Assembly (NCBI GenBank): GCA_951406725.2
Contig: OX597825.1
Location: 49,166,001-49,230,000 of the forward strand
Length of the DNA stretch: 64,000 nt
Reading direction: 5' to 3'
Source: Octopus vulgaris
Taxonomy: Eukaryota
Position numbers and translations under genes: made by a program. Positions 40,990 through 55,317 of this stretch are shown here, in pieces (the first letter of the stretch is position 1; each line of letters starts with the position of its first letter). Below the pieces are notes generated by a model. It was given only the letters and a program-made list of their open reading frames with translations. It had not been told where the DNA came from and ran no database searches.

Positions 40990-41200
40990 ATTAAGTTTCT
41001 TAGATTGATGCACTGATTGATGCTCTGATGTAGTTGATGTAGTCTCTTCTAGCGCCAGTGCGTCGCTCTGTGGCAGTTGTAACCAGCGGTAGCATCAGCA
41101 ATACAGAGAAAGTTGGCTAATATGCAGTAGCCATCAAAATGTTGAACATATACTTCTCGGTGAGAAGTTTGCCAAGCTTTATGAGCATAACAACTCATTG
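40990..41200 (-). mobile_element. hAT transposase C-terminal dimerisation-domain relic
   Basis: MLPLVTTATERRTGARRDYINYIRAS resembles LPVTTATAERSFSALKRLKTYLRS. Confidence 0.5.
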
Positions 41201-41874
41201 AATTTGGAAATAAAATAGTTTATTTGGTGATACCACACAAATATTTGGAAAATGTAAAATAGAAATAGCTAAAGAGACAATGGAATTGTAGTGTGTGTTA
41301 GTTAACAATCGGCCAATGAAAATAGACATCGATGCGTAAGTAAGACTTCTTGAGAGCTATTTGGAATGATATCAGCTTTGTTTCTTGAATATAAAATAAT
41401 GCGTCAATGTCGGAGTTAGTCTTCTCTGATGTACACACAAATGCATTCAACTGTCAACTGTAAAAACAACGCAAAGAGTCAGGAGAAGTGATACTAAGCA
41501 TTTTGTCCGTCACGCTAACCGCTATGCCAACTCGCCAGACGCATGAGAAAACTAGCTTAAAAGCTCCTGATAGGACGGCTTTTAAGCTAGTGTGTAACTT
41601 TTAAGCAACTAACCCCGAATGGGAAGATCTCTAACTTGTTTTGTAGAATTTTCTGCAATTGCTTCCTCTGGAGTCATATCCCAACGATGATAATATTCGT
41701 CGATAAAAATCATGTAAAAAAAAAAACGCCGTAAACAATCGAAGTAATGAAAACATAGGAATCCAAAATTTCAGAATTGCAGGTCCGGATTCGGTTCGGA
41801 ATGCTTTTAATTTATTCAGGGAGTCAGCATGATTCCAAAATGGTATGATATGTTGGGCTATAGTCTCTAGGAGT

Positions 41875-41973
41875 AAAGTTGAAAACGTGTGACACACTGA
41901 CACACTGACTTTCATATTTATTATATTAGATATGTTTAATTGTGGGGAAACTCTATTTCAATTAAAGTGTATT

Positions 41974-42030
<57 letters not shown>

Positions 42031-42552
42031 GTGTGTGTGTGTTTATGTGTATATATATGTACGCACGCACTTATTTATGTATGTATCAAAGAAAGCAAAA
42101 ATAAACAAACATGATAGTGTTCAGTAGTTGGTTCAGTATGCTGGCCACCGGAATTTCTGTCTGGGATAGTTGTACATCATTTCCGTCTTTCCCTCACATA
42201 CCTACCCTCTCCCCATCTCTCTCTTTCTTTTATCATTACTCCCATCGCCAGTATAAAAACTACTACTTTTAATAAAACATCAACTCTTCCTAAATTTCTT
42301 TGTCCCTGTTTCTCTCTCTCTCTCTTTGTCTCTGTCTTCACCACCATCCTCACTGTCTCTATGCCTACTATTACTCTCATCCCAGCACGAGGAAGTGTCA
42401 TTGAATAGTGAGAGAGGGAGTTTCAAAGTGTGACACACTGACACACAGAAATTAGCTTTCGCATTTATTATATTAGAAAATATTTAATTTTGGGGAAACT
42501 GTATTTCAATTAAAGTGTTCCACACACACGCACACACAAACGCACGCACACC

Positions 42553-42613
<61 letters not shown>

Positions 42614-43026
42614 GTGTGTATGTATTAAAGGAAGCAAAAATTAAATAAAAATGAAAAATAATTGTGTCTAATTGTTGTTTCAGTCAGCTGACCACCAGAA
42701 TTTCTGTCCAAGAAAGTTGTCCATCATTTCCCTCTATCTCTCACATACCCACTCTTTCTCTCTCGCTTCATATTATACTCATTGCCATCCATTAACACTA
42801 CTACTTTTAATAAAACACTATGAATTCTGCCTAAATTTCTTTGTCTCTCCGTTTGTGCCTCTCTCTCTCTCGCTCTCTCCCTCTGCCTTCACCACCGCTC
42901 TCACCGTCTCTATACCTACTATTACTCTCATCTCAGCACGAGGAAGTATCATTGAATAGTGAGCGGCACGGTAAAAGTGTGACTCACTGACACACAGTAA
43001 TTAGTTTTCGCATTTATTATATTAGA
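41875..43026 (+). repeat. Tandem array of an about 545-bp Helentron-like unit (two units plus a third end)
   Basis: gtgtgac(a/t)cactgacacac..ttattatattaga recurs near 41887, 42428 and 42977 with colinear interiors. Confidence 0.8.
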
Positions 43027-43487
43027 TGGCGTATATTTCTGATCATTTTGTGGGTGGAGTTATATAGTACAATATACATATGAATAACATTTTATGGAGG
43101 GGTTTATATAGCAAAACATGACAATAAATAACGCTTGGCAGGATAGGTTACGCAAATCTATCTATCCTTAGCAAATGTATCAATCCTTAGCAAAATTTTA
43201 TCTCAAAGCCTAAGAAAACAAAGAAAAGCATTTTTTCCGAATATCCATCGCTTTTTCATGTGGCAAAACGACACACTAAATAATTGATTCCATAATAATG
43301 CGCTGCTGTGCGCTATTCTGTAAAAAAGAATGTAGTTTTGTACAGTACAAAAACTTCGAAAATATTTATTTGAAACTGAAAAAAAAAATCCCAAAATTTC
43401 TTTTTAACTATGTTTTATACACTGAACAAATAAATAAGTGATAATTTATAATCTGTGGTCACAAAAAACGAGATATTTTTATATTAC

Positions 43488-43632
43488 CTTTGAGGAATGA
43501 TATAAGAAATTAACTTTTAAAAGTAAGTGATTAAAATTTTGCATGTGAAAAAATCTCCAATAAATTTAATATCCCCCTCTTGCAAGTATTAGAACGTAAG
43601 TCTATTTGGATATTCACAATGCTGCTATTGTG
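43488..43632 (-). other. Candidate non-coding exon (145 nt), copy 1
   Basis: ttttccAG|CACAATAG...CTCAAAG|GTaat; stops in all three frames. Confidence 0.45.
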
Positions 43633-45554
43633 CTGGAAAATAAAAATCAGATAACGATCGGGTAGATAAACACATATATTATATGTTGTATAGCTGTAAT
43701 CCCTCTGAAAATTACGAAATAAATACTAATTGCTAATGTAAAGGGTGATTAGTTCCAATGCTTGTATCGTTAATGCATTTCTGGATAGTACTTTAAGATA
43801 TTACTCGTGACCTTCTTTGCCTTGTTCATCTCCGGAATTCTCAGCTTGTATTGAGATAAGAAAAAATTGTTTAGACTCACAAACGTCTCCTAGGTAATCT
43901 ACTTTGTGAATTCATTTATCATTTTCATATACACTGGAGACATAATCGAACCAAGAATAAGTATAATAAAAATATTTCTGTGCGTACTGCAGATTGTTCT
44001 AGAATTCTGGACTGACGCCAAAATATTGTGATACTGCGACCTTCAGGACAATTAAGTATCATTTTACAGTTGTTGCGGTTACTTAGAGAAGTGAATATTT
44101 CACAAATTGTTACAGAGGGAAAATGGACCATTTAATATTTTGCTGCCTTATCGACAGATAAAATATTACACCAGCGATAATAATAAACCTCTGAACTCTG
44201 TTCGGGTTTTCATGTAGATCATACATTCGTATATCTACACTCTCCTGTTATGCTTATTCAAATATTGTTGAATAGTCATTAACTTTGTGATCTAGATTTC
44301 TGGTTTGGAACTCATTTGAAGTCTCGCAAAGTAATCCCAGCAACTCCTGCTAGAAATGAAAATGATGATTGTGAGAATACTCAGTGTTTTAAATGTTAAC
44401 TTATTTGTAGCAACATGCATAGATCGATTTGTCACTCGATGTTTGGTATGGAGGTAACACTGGATCGATTTTAATCATTTATCTATAAAAAAATATTATG
44501 GAGCACGCAAACCGAACACAACTAACATACACATGTGCACATCACGATACACAAACATACGCGTACACATCAATTCATAACTGCATATGTATATTTTCAC
44601 AGATACGTACACATGTGTATGTGGTAAATCTAAGAGCGGGTAAAGGTTATGTAAAACCATGTATCTGTTGTGATGATAAAAATATGATAGTATGTATAAA
44701 TTTAATCTAGGAAACTAAATGGAGAATAAAATAACTTAAAAGTATAAATCTATTTAGTTAGGCATTGTAGGCATTTAAAGAATAGAAATGGTGGCAAAAT
44801 ACCTTCGAGTAATCTGATGTTTACGAATAAATTAGCTCTTAAATTATCTTGCGAGTTGTGAAGAAGTGCTGTTGGAACGTTTAGCTACATGTGTGAATAT
44901 ATATACGCTAAGATGCACATATAGACATGAGTATGGTTCTCATATACATGCACAATCATACAGATTTACTTCAACACACACAAACATCCAAATGCACATG
45001 TATATAAATTTGTAAATTGTTATTGAATGCATATACTTATATGCACATATATGTCTCTGTAGATCTGTGAATGTATCTATATGTCTATCAGCGCATGTAA
45101 GTGTGTAGGAATGTTTGAATGTAATGACTATATGCACTTATTTGTATTCTATGTATGTGTGTATACGTCCATTTAGATATGCATGTACGCTTGTATCCTA
45201 ATATATGCATTTCTATCCATATATTCACACATCTGTATACCAGTTATGCTATCAATACTCATTTCTTCCAAATAACATAAAATACTACATACGTGCTTCT
45301 CAGACCTTTCCGGCCACTACCACATACATTCCCAAACTATTTGTCACAATATACCCGTCTTCAAACAAAATGGAGTCAAAATAAAGAAAGCAATATCACC
45401 ACACACAAAATTTACTCTTTTACAATTGAGCAACAAAAATATAATTCGCATTAAAAAAAAAAACCCCAGCTTCAAGATTTCCTTTGTCCTTAATGAAAGA
45501 ATCAGGCGCTGTAAGAAATTTAACTTCTGAACTTCCGTAAATGTAAGTGCCTAG

Positions 45555-45821
45555 TACTTGCATATACGCACATATATGTATCGGTGAAATAAACATCGGA
45601 ACACTTTGCCCCAGGCGAAGAGATATACAAACGTTTTGCTAGCTATTCTCTAAATCCATGGCAATGCTGGAAACCATTCCCATTTTCCCCCAGCTGAGTG
45701 GACTGGAGCAATGAGAAACGAAGTGTTTTGCTCAAAAACACAAAGCATCCACTAATCCGGAAATCGAAACCACAATGTTATCATAAGGGCAACATCTTAA
45801 CAATCAAGCCACGCACCTCCA
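45555..45821 (-). mobile_element. tRNA-derived CORE-type SINE (family D)
   Basis: Minus: tggaggtgcgtggctt..gtggtttcgatttcc..ttgagcaaaacactt..ttgctccagtccactcagctg; partial duplicate at about 47295-47362. Confidence 0.65.
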
Positions 45822-45877
45822 CATACGTTTCTACACACACTCATATGTATGTATGTATGGATATATATATATGTGTG

Positions 45878-46006
<129 letters not shown>

Positions 46007-46021
46007 ATATATATATATGAC

Positions 46022-46409
46022 TCTTTTACTTGTTTCAGTCATTTGACTGCGGCTATGCTGGAGCACCGCCTTTAGTCGAGAAAATCGACCCCAGGACTTA
46101 TTCTTTGTAAGCCCAGTACTTATTCTATCGGTCTCTTTTGCCGAACCGCTAAGTGACGGGGACGTAAACACACCAGCATCGGTTGTGAAGCAATGCTAGG
46201 AGGACAAACACAGACACACAAACATATACATATACATACATATATACGACGGGCTTCTTTCAGTTTCCGTCTACCAAATCCACTCACAAGGCTTTGGTTT
46301 GCCCGAGGCTATAGTAGAAGACACTTGCCCAAGATGCCACGCAGTGGGACTGAACCCGAAAGCATGTGGTTGGTAAGGAAGCTACTTACCACACAGCCAC
46401 TCCTGCGCC
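46022..46409 (-). mobile_element. SINE family A, full-length, low divergence
   Basis: Head ggcgcaggagtggctgtgtgg, B-box ggttcagtccc, CORE-like ggcatcttgggcaagtg, tail ggcggtgctccagcat..tgactgaaacaagtaaaaga. Confidence 0.92.
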
Positions 46410-46982
46410 TATATATATATAATTTAATAAATAAAAAAATATATTCATACATACATACATATATGTACGTACCTACATCTACATGTATATATACATGCAT
46501 ATATAAATATATATACGTGAGTACAATACTGTTATTGATAATATATGCGTGTGTATGCATATCTATATATGTGTGTGTTTGTGTGTATGTGCGCACGTGT
46601 GTGTTTGCGTTTGTCACCCCACCATCGCTTAACGACCAATATCTGTTTATCCCTTTATCTATTTGTCTATCTATCTATATCTCTATCTATCTGTCTGTCT
46701 GTTTGTCTGCCTACCTGCCTGTCTGTATGTATGTTATGGATAATATCTACAAAAAGCTGCTTCTTTCCCACTCACCAAAGTAAATGGAGCGAACTAATGG
46801 TATCATCAGACGCTATCCAACGATCATAGGGTTTTCGGACTCTGAGTCATAAGAACAATTTCGAAACTATATATTTGAAACTAAAACAATTCCATAAAGT
46901 CTTTCGGGCTATGTTTTATACACTGACAAATGAGTGACAATTTATAGTCTTTGATAAAAAAAAAAGTTTACTTTGATATTAC

Positions 46983-47126
46983 CTTTGAGGAATGATTTAA
47001 GAAAATAACTTCCCAAAGTAAGTGATTAAAACTTGGCAAGTGAAGAAATTTCCAATAAATTTAATATCAGCTCTTGCAAGAATGAGGATGTAAGTTTATT
47101 TGGATATTCACAATGCTGCTATTGTG
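46983..47126 (-). other. Candidate non-coding exon (144 nt), copy 2
   Basis: Paralog of 43488-43632 with both splice sites retained. Confidence 0.45.
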
Positions 47127-47429
47127 CTGGAAAAAAGACAAAAAACCAAAAAAAAACAAAAAACAAATAACAATCGGGTAGATATACACATATATTAAAT
47201 GTTTTATAGCTGGAAATCATCTGAAACTTACGAAATAAGCACTAATTCCTAATGTAAAAGGTGATTAGTTCCAGTGGTTGCATCGTTAAGGTACGGAAGA
47301 ATCGAGAATCGAAACCACAAGCATAAAAGTGCAACACCCCAACAATTAAGTCATGCGCCTCCCCATGTGTTTACACATACACACATTTATGTGTGTATAT
47401 ATATATATGTGTGTCTATCTATCTATCTA

Positions 47430-47511
<82 letters not shown>

Positions 47512-48311
47512 ATATATATATGTTATTGATAATATCTACAAAAAGCTTTTTCTTTTCCATTCACCAACGTAAATAGAGCAACAAAATTATATCAGACTGT
47601 ATCCAACTATCATCGGTAGTTCCGATTTTGAACCTTAACAGCCTCCCGTTTGGAGGTCAACAGCGGTGGCCAAATACTCCTACACCCTGGCTTCCAATTT
47701 ATCTCTTTTGCTCCATATCCCAGAAAAGGCTCTTACGGCTGTCTCTCCATCCTGTGCATAGACACTCTTCGCTCTTATCCTATCATTCTGATTAGGCAGG
47801 GAATTCCCCACAGTCACCCTCCACTGGGAAACGTCATGACCGCCATCATTTCTCCGTGCAATCCTGCAGAATACACTCTTACTTGGCACGCTTCCATTTC
47901 TTGGCGGATCACATCCATCTTCTCACGAGACTCGATCAAGCTACTTTTCTAAGCTCGATCAAGCTACTTTTCTTGCTTTTTCAGATCAGAAAGCTACATC
48001 TCGGCTTAGAGTTGTATGGACGACCTAGGGAAATTGCATATTATCTTTAATAGCAACGGATATACCAAGGCGAATAAATGAAGAAAACATGCTAAAATAA
48101 ATATAAACAGAACACAGGTTAAATATATATGTGTGTGTATGTATGTATATGCATATGTATATACATATATCACTGTCCTTCTAACTGTCACCCTAAGTCT
48201 GCATGATTATGTATATACCAGATTAAGCACATAAATGTGAAACAAGGTGGAGAAAATAGGGCTCGAATACGGTGGTAGAGTGTTATGATTTATTAATATA
48301 GCTGGAAAGAT

Positions 48312-48369
48312 ATCACAAAAACTGTTACTCAAAGTTTCACGTTCCCCGTCGGTGGACAGTTTTTGTGAT
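48312..48369 (-). ncRNA. Decayed hammerhead (stems intact, CUGANGA box mutated)
   Basis: aaaactgt-ccaccg-acg(gggaa)cgt-GAAA-ctttgag-TA-acagtttt. Confidence 0.6.
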
Positions 48370-48517
48370 GCCTTTGCAGCTTTATTAATACGCACACACA
48401 CTCACTCTCTCACACACACATATAATAAATAAAAAAAAAACAAGAAAACACACAACAAGAGAAGAACAACAATGTGGTAAATACAAATTATTAAAAGGCC
48501 CTCAGGTAATAAAAGAA

Positions 48518-48558
48518 ACGTTGTTTAACGTTTTGAGCACACCTCTTCTTCAGAAACA
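48518..48558 (-). ncRNA. Decayed minimal hammerhead of Penelope type
   Basis: tgttt-CTGAAGA-agag(gtgtg)ctc-aAAACGTT-aaaca; GAAA reads AAAA. Confidence 0.55.
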
Positions 48559-48632
48559 GGCGATAAAGTTGAATCCAAGAGAAAAGGAAGACATAGGTAA
48601 AAAGTCGCCAACAATCTACATGTAGTTACATT

Positions 48633-48684
<52 letters not shown>

Positions 48685-49349
48685 GTTCATTATATACATA
48701 CATATACATATACATACAGACACACACGCACACATATATGTACGTAATATATACTGTTAGATAGAAGAGAGACACCAACTGCCCATATACACATTTAATA
48801 CACATTTAATACACACTACATACACACACACGTGTGTGTGTGTGCACATCTATGCATATATGTGCAATATAAGCATATGTAATATATTGGTTTTATTACA
48901 ACCTCGACTGACTCTAATTATCAGCATATCATTTAATAAATATGTTTAGTGAGATAATAACTTTGAAGATAATAATAATTCAATGAGTTCAACCTATATT
49001 AATCTATATTAAATAGTTGCTTCCTTATGATCGACACTTGTACGTAGATCATGAAAAAATAAAATTGCATGTTTAGCCTTGTCTGGCTGAACATGCAGTT
49101 GTTATCTTGAATTGTGCATATGATGGTGAAATTATGCATGCAAGCCACATAAATTTGCCTGATAAATCTTTATTGAATGTTAAGTTCAACACCAAAAATA
49201 TTGCTTCTGACAGCTGTTATGTTGATAGCTGAATGTCGAATGAACCACTTAAATTCCGCAGCGATACAATTATTGACGGTATCTGAACAACAGCCGAAAT
49301 AATGGCGTATATACCAAGGAGGCCAAATGAAGACCACACTCAAGTGTTG

Positions 49350-50320
49350 GATGAAATATACATGGGCTAACCAAGGTATTTTTCGGGAAAGTCCCCAAAT
49401 GAGTTTTATCTTTCAACATAATCCCCCTTTCAGTCCATACACTTCAGTCGATACACTTCTAACTCATCAACAGCAGATAAGACGTCATCATCACTGCGAT
49501 ACTGCTTCCCAACCAAGTGTTTTCTGAAGCTGGGAAATAGATGATAGTCAGACGGAGCCAAATCAAGAGAATAGGGAGGGTGATGAATAAGTTCAAAACC
49601 ACAGTCACACGCACCAAGGATTTAATCCAAGGTCTTTTGTATTGGCGAAAGATGGTACAATACCTCTTTCGTCAGTTTTCATTCATGGGCGTTCGGTTTT
49701 GATAGAAGTTAGCATAGTACTGTCCACTGATCGTGTGGCACTTTTAAAGATAGTCAATAAGCACAACACCTTTTACATCACCTTCCTTGTGAAAAAAAAT
49801 ACGATCCTGGCCTTCTTTGAACCAAACACTCATCCTAGGCTATGTAACGTTCAAGGAAACCAGCTGGATCTACATCAAACAATGGAAGCTTGGTGCGCTT
49901 TTGATCAAGTATCAGAAAGCATGGCATTCACCGAGCAGAATATTCGTCAGTCAATCTCATTGTGTAGTATAATCTCATCTCTCTCACGGAATATGCTAAT
50001 AGCATTAGCTATTTGATTTATAGCCCATCGCCAGTCATCCCATAATATAGCGACCATACCAGCATGGATGTCCTTATGTGCTAAAACCTTTCTCTACAGC
50101 TACCTCATAATAACCATGATGTCAAATTTTCTCTATTTTCAAGAGAAGTTGCCACTAGTTCGATTTGAAGTCTTCTTTGAGCGGTCAGTTGTCAGTTTAC
50201 CTGGAAAGAAACAAAGAAGTTATTCGTAGGAAAAGCTGAATTTCCTGCATGCAAAATTTTGTAGCCCTAGCCTCACTTCATCATAGTCAACCTACGAACT
50301 TTTGAACCCACTGTCGTACT
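49350..50320 (-). mobile_element. mariner relic (second family)
   Basis: GFELIHHPPYSLDLAPSDYHLF; TIR-like tacgacagtgggttcaaaagttc. Confidence 0.8.
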
Positions 50321-50397
50321 AAATAAACCAAAGATTAAGACTAACATCACAATTCACCAAAAAATTTACTAACCATTAAAAAAGTAAAAGAATTAAT

Positions 50398-50752
50398 ATT
50401 GGTATCATATTTTGGCACAAGACCAGCAATTCTGAGGAGCATTTAAGCCCTTTACTTCGAGCCAGTGCTCAACTGGTATTTATTTTATCGACCTCGAAAG
50501 AATGAAATGCAAAATCAACCACGGCCTCACAGTATTCAGACGGACGATATGCCGCTAGTCACTTTCCCCGGCATACTAACGGTTCTGCCTTTAGTATAAT
50601 TAATATTCGTTTCAAATATTGGCTACTGACACTTCTCTTATCGACGCCGAAGGTTGAATAGTGAAGTCGATTTGAAATTAGAATGTGAAGACGGACGAAA
50701 TGCCGCTAAACATTTAACCCGGCGTGCTAACAATTCTGCCAGCTTGTCGCTT
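50398..50752 (-). mobile_element. Two SINE family B copies
   Basis: ttttatcgacctcgaaagaatgaaa..gacggacga..tgccgcta occurs twice. Confidence 0.78.
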
Positions 50753-50779
50753 TAGAATAATTAAGATTAAGATGGCAAA

Positions 50780-53700
50780 AGACGCTTATTTCAAATACAA
50801 ATACAAGAAAGAGGAAAATTTCCAGCCGTTCCCGATCAAAAGAAGACTGGAGCAATCTTCATGTCGATGTTAACCGATATCTGGATGCGTCCTGCACGTG
50901 TTAGCAACTATTTGCCATGACTCAACAAGTCAACAGTGTTCGAGCACAATTCGAGCGCGTACAGAAGGATTTTGTTGCAGAGATTTCATTTAGAAAAGCG
51001 CGTCTGCAGGCCCCAACATGTCTGTAGGGTTTATACCAAACCTGCAATTAGTCCCCACAACAGCAGTAGTTCTGGCAAACCCCAGATTTCTGGAAATGAA
51101 CACGACCCTTTGGAAAAACCAGTCGTTTGGTTTTCATCGATACCCAACACTTCCCCGAGAATGTTGTCACTCTTACACACCACAAACTCTTCTACAGATT
51201 ACCATAATGGAATACCAATCGACAGCAGCGCCTGTCTGGAAAACGAGCTGTGGAGCGCTTCACAGCACGCAAGATGTCAGGCATTCTGCCTCCGTCCATA
51301 CTTGATCCAGGACTGCAACTCTGTGTCGGAACTCAACTGCGTCTAGCAAACGGGGAGCACACCTGCTCAACGTCAAAGAAACGCTGGAGCTATTATAGCA
51401 ACAGCGCATGTATTCTCATCATCATTCAAAACATGCCCACTCTTCCAAGCAAAGGCCGTTCACAAGAAATGGATCGTCTTACAAGCAAAACGCGTCTACA
51501 GAAGGCAGAATATCATGCACCACATTCCTTTCAGCCATAAATCCGATCAAGGCACAACGGTCTGGGGATAGTAGATGGTAGAAGCGATGCAGGCATTCAT
51601 CTCTTCCACCCGATCCTACAGAGATAGTATCTCTGCAACTCATTTCAGGATGACAATTCCCTCTTTGCTTGTCACTTACTCCTAATTATTGTCCAGCTGA
51701 TGGGCTGAATCAAACCAAATCCCGAGGAATTTCAACCTGTCTGGCCTTCCTACATCCAATGACACAGTTGGACAGTATACATCTACCTCTCCAGGTGCTG
51801 AGTTGCAGACTCAGAATCTTTTCTTTGTTCAGGTTTGCTCTTCTCACCGCCTCGTATTTCTTTAAGGTAGCGTCAATCCTTTTGATGTGTTTGGAGTCCT
51901 ACATAAATAAGGTGAAGCTGTCCGCAAATGAAAACATGGATCTTCCGATTCCTAGATGTTGCCATTTGCACCTCTCGAAACTTCCAGCTTCTGTAGCAAT
52001 GGCTTCATAATGTGTATGTACGGAAGCTGAGAAATGGAGTACTATTGGCTGGCTGATACTCAATGATTCTGAAATGTGGTCATGTCACTGTACATTGCTG
52101 CGATCCAGGTTCTGAAATCAAGACTCAAAGCAGCCACCAAATATTGACGAGTTACCCGACGGATTTATGTGAAACCGTATGACAAGTTGTTGATTCAGGA
52201 CGTGAACAGTAGCGAAGATAGTACCATCAGTCTAATCGTCATTCAAGCCACCACAGGAGCTGGTAGCAGGTTATCTTCAGGTGTTTAGAGTTTTTCCTGG
52301 GAATGACGCAAATCTCAGCGTTACTGAGTGATTGACAATCCATTTTGAATGTAGATCGCGAGTTTGTATGTCCAGCTCATTGGGAAAATAAAGGTAAATG
52401 CCGAACGAACTAAATGCGCCATTGTGGACACCTAAATCGTATATGTATATATTGGAACGGGGAACGGGATAAACTACCTGCATCAACTTGCTTTAAAAGC
52501 AGGTAGTAATTTTACTTTGTAATTATTCATAGAGCAAATTTTGAAGAGTGCAGTTCGATTTTAACATTTATTTTTTCAAAGGAGCATATTCGGCATGTTT
52601 TGCTTTATGAGTTCAATAAAAGCAACAACGTAACAGAAAGTGCAAGGAATATTAATGCAGTATATGGGGATCGGATAATAAGCGTAAGCCAGTATCAACG
52701 GTGGTTCCAGAAATTCCGAGCCGGAAACTACAGCCAAGATGACGAGCCTTGATCTGGGAGATTTATAGAACTCGACTAGTACGTCCTTCAAATGCTGGTG
52801 AAACAAAATCCCATCTTAACTGTTGAGGAACTAGCAGAGAATCTTGAATTTGGTCATCCAACCATTGATCGACATCTGCATGCCATCGGAAAAGTCAGCA
52901 AATTGGGTAATAGATTCTTCACGAACTTTGCGAGTCTAATCCTGCGCAGAGATTGAATAAGTGCTTTTCATTGCTGTCACGTCTCCCGAATGAACATCTT
53001 TGGATCGAATAGTGACTGGTGACGTGATATGTATTCTCTATAAAAATGTCAAGCGCCAAAGACAGTGGGTAGGGAAAGAAGAAACACCGGCACCCCAGGC
53101 TAAAGAAGGTCTTCACCCACTTAAGGGGTAGTAATCTCTTTGGTATGATATGGATGGTTTAATCCACTTGGAACTTTTAAACTCAAACCGAACGATAACA
53201 AAGGAGATCTGCGAGCAGCTTGAGCGGTTGAAATCAGCGCTAGAAGTAAAAACGACCGTCTTTGGTTTCAAGACGAAAGGTGTTCTTCCATCAGAATAAT
53301 GCGCGGCCACATACAGCGAGGATGACATTCCAAGGGCTGGTGCTGTTTGAATGAGAAACGATGCCCCACCCACAATATTCGCTGGACATTTCCCCATCTG
53401 ATCGTCATTTATTCTGCAGTCTTAAAATTCATTTGGACGGTAAAAATTTAACTCTGTAGACGAGGTCAGAACAGTAGTGGAGGAAAATATTTCGTCACGG
53501 ACAAGTGTCTTTTGGAAGAGGAGCCTTGCAATTCTACCAGATAGATGGAAGTGCATTGTAGCAAATGAAGGGGAGTATATTTTATATTAAAAACGAACAT
53601 TGTCTTAATTTTGAATAATAATATGATAAAAAAACTGCAATATTTATGGGATGACCCAATAGTATTCTGTAGTCTACTGGATACGGTAGCTTACGGTGTC

Positions 53701-53870
53701 CTCAATTGAATGTCGCAAGCTAACACAACCCACAAACTAATGGTTTGCACAATCAACCTAATCAGGTCGTATAGACAAGCGCCAGTTACTCCGTCTCGTC
53801 GCACCAAATCTTCAGATTAGAGGTTCTGACGACTCCTTTAAGAGGGAGTTGAGGCTATTAGACAGGAATC
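50780..53870 (-). mobile_element. Decayed RTE LINE, interrupted by a mariner
   Basis: C-terminal C..C.R..IG..H..C motif near 50850-50910, FAD-like motif near 51925, endonuclease-like LATFN near 53700-53720. Confidence 0.65.
52450..53661 (+). mobile_element. mariner transposon, near full-length, pseudogenised
   Basis: EHIRHVLLYEFNK, IVTGD, NARPH, HPQYSLDISPSD; right TIR tatttatgggatgacccaata. Confidence 0.92.
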
Positions 53871-55042
53871 GGTTACGTTTTGTAAGGAAATAGTGAGAGA
53901 GATTTCTAAAGAGAGGAGAGCTAGTTAGTAATACAAAAAGGGTGCTTAATAAAGGTATTGCTAATGACGAGTTAGTGGAAAGCACGAAGGTTATGTTGTC
54001 AGAGATAGTTCACGTGGCGTAAGGTGTGTGGAATAAAAGCGGTTCCACGGTCCCGGAGGATAACAGGTCTATAGTTTAGTCTTCGACAATCGGGAGAGAC
54101 GCGAGTTACTCGATTCCAATGACATTGCTGCAGATTTTAGTGGCACCCCATTCAAATGTTTGGAGTGGATAGTTGAGCAGAGATAGATATTGACACTGCG
54201 TGTGCAGAGTTGTCATTTTTTCTTTTATTGTCTTTTATTGTGTTGTTAAAAGCTTTGTCGCAAACATAGCTGTTGCTATCGTTTCTGCTGGTCTTGTTGT
54301 TTTCGAGTTTTTACTCCCAGGAAGTTGGTAGTAGTATAAGTTTTCCTGCTACAGTCTCACTGAAAATGTTAATGGACATTAAAAATGGTAAAATGTCAAC
54401 GAAAAAAACAATAAACAGATGAAAGCATATAGATATTAGAATAATTGTGCAATCTAGGCACAATATGGCGCCTCCTTCTTCATCCACTAAATTAGAGGTC
54501 CTTATTTAAAGTTACATTACATATCAATGTGAGTAAACAAAATTAAACAAATTTTTAGGAGCTGCTGCGATGCAAATGAAACTGAAATGATGATGAAATT
54601 CCAACCTTTGCTGCTAATGCAGAAAATAGAAAGGAGCACACTGGGTGAACATTATCTATAATTCAATTAATTGGCGGCCTTGAACCTACAAACAGAGTTT
54701 GGGTGAAGAAGTTCGATAGGACACGAAACTGATGAAAGTAGAGGGCCTTCATGAATAACACAACGCTCATAAGACCATCCATCTAATGGTGATGGAAAAG
54801 ATGGCCACATGCTCACATATGAAGAATTAATATGTAAAGGAAGGCTTCTGAATTTTGCCCAACTACTTCACCTGTGGTGGAGGAATGCAATACTATCGAG
54901 TCAAGAGCAATCAACACATTACTTGTATCTGAGGATAAGAGAATTAAGTATATCAAAAGTCCTTGTAAAAGTTCCCAAATGGGCGTACCTGCAAATGTTC
55001 AAGTCTAATAAACACCAGCTTACAACAATCATGTTTATAACG

Positions 55043-55090
<48 letters not shown>

Positions 55091-55098
55091 GTATATGA

Positions 55099-55312
55099 TA
55101 GGCGCAGTAGTAGCTGTATGCTAAGTATCTTCCTTAACAACCACATGGTTCTTGCTTAAGACCCACAGCGTGGCACCATGGGCAAGTGTCTGTGGCCTCG
55201 GACGGATAAAGTAAGTACTATGGTTACAAAGAATAAGTTCTGGTATCGATTTGTTCGACTAAAGGTGGTGCTCCACCATGCCCGCAGTTATATGACTGAA
55301 TCAAATAAAAGA
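55099..55312 (+). mobile_element. SINE family A with internal deletion
   Basis: aggcgcag head, gtggcaccatgggcaagtgtc, tail ttcgactaaaggtggtgctccaccatg. Confidence 0.82.
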
Positions 55313-55317
55313 ATAAC

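Noticed and set aside
43780-44400. Coding-looking unique sequence
   Set aside because: No sustained ORF or recognisable motif.
47640-48050. GC-richer segment with a 23-bp tandem duplication
   Set aside because: Probably a transposon fragment but unclassifiable; the short duplication is ordinary slippage.
53805-53860. CTGAAGA/CTGACGA near the RTE 5' end
   Set aside because: No correctly placed GAAA; no convincing hammerhead or HDV fold by eye.
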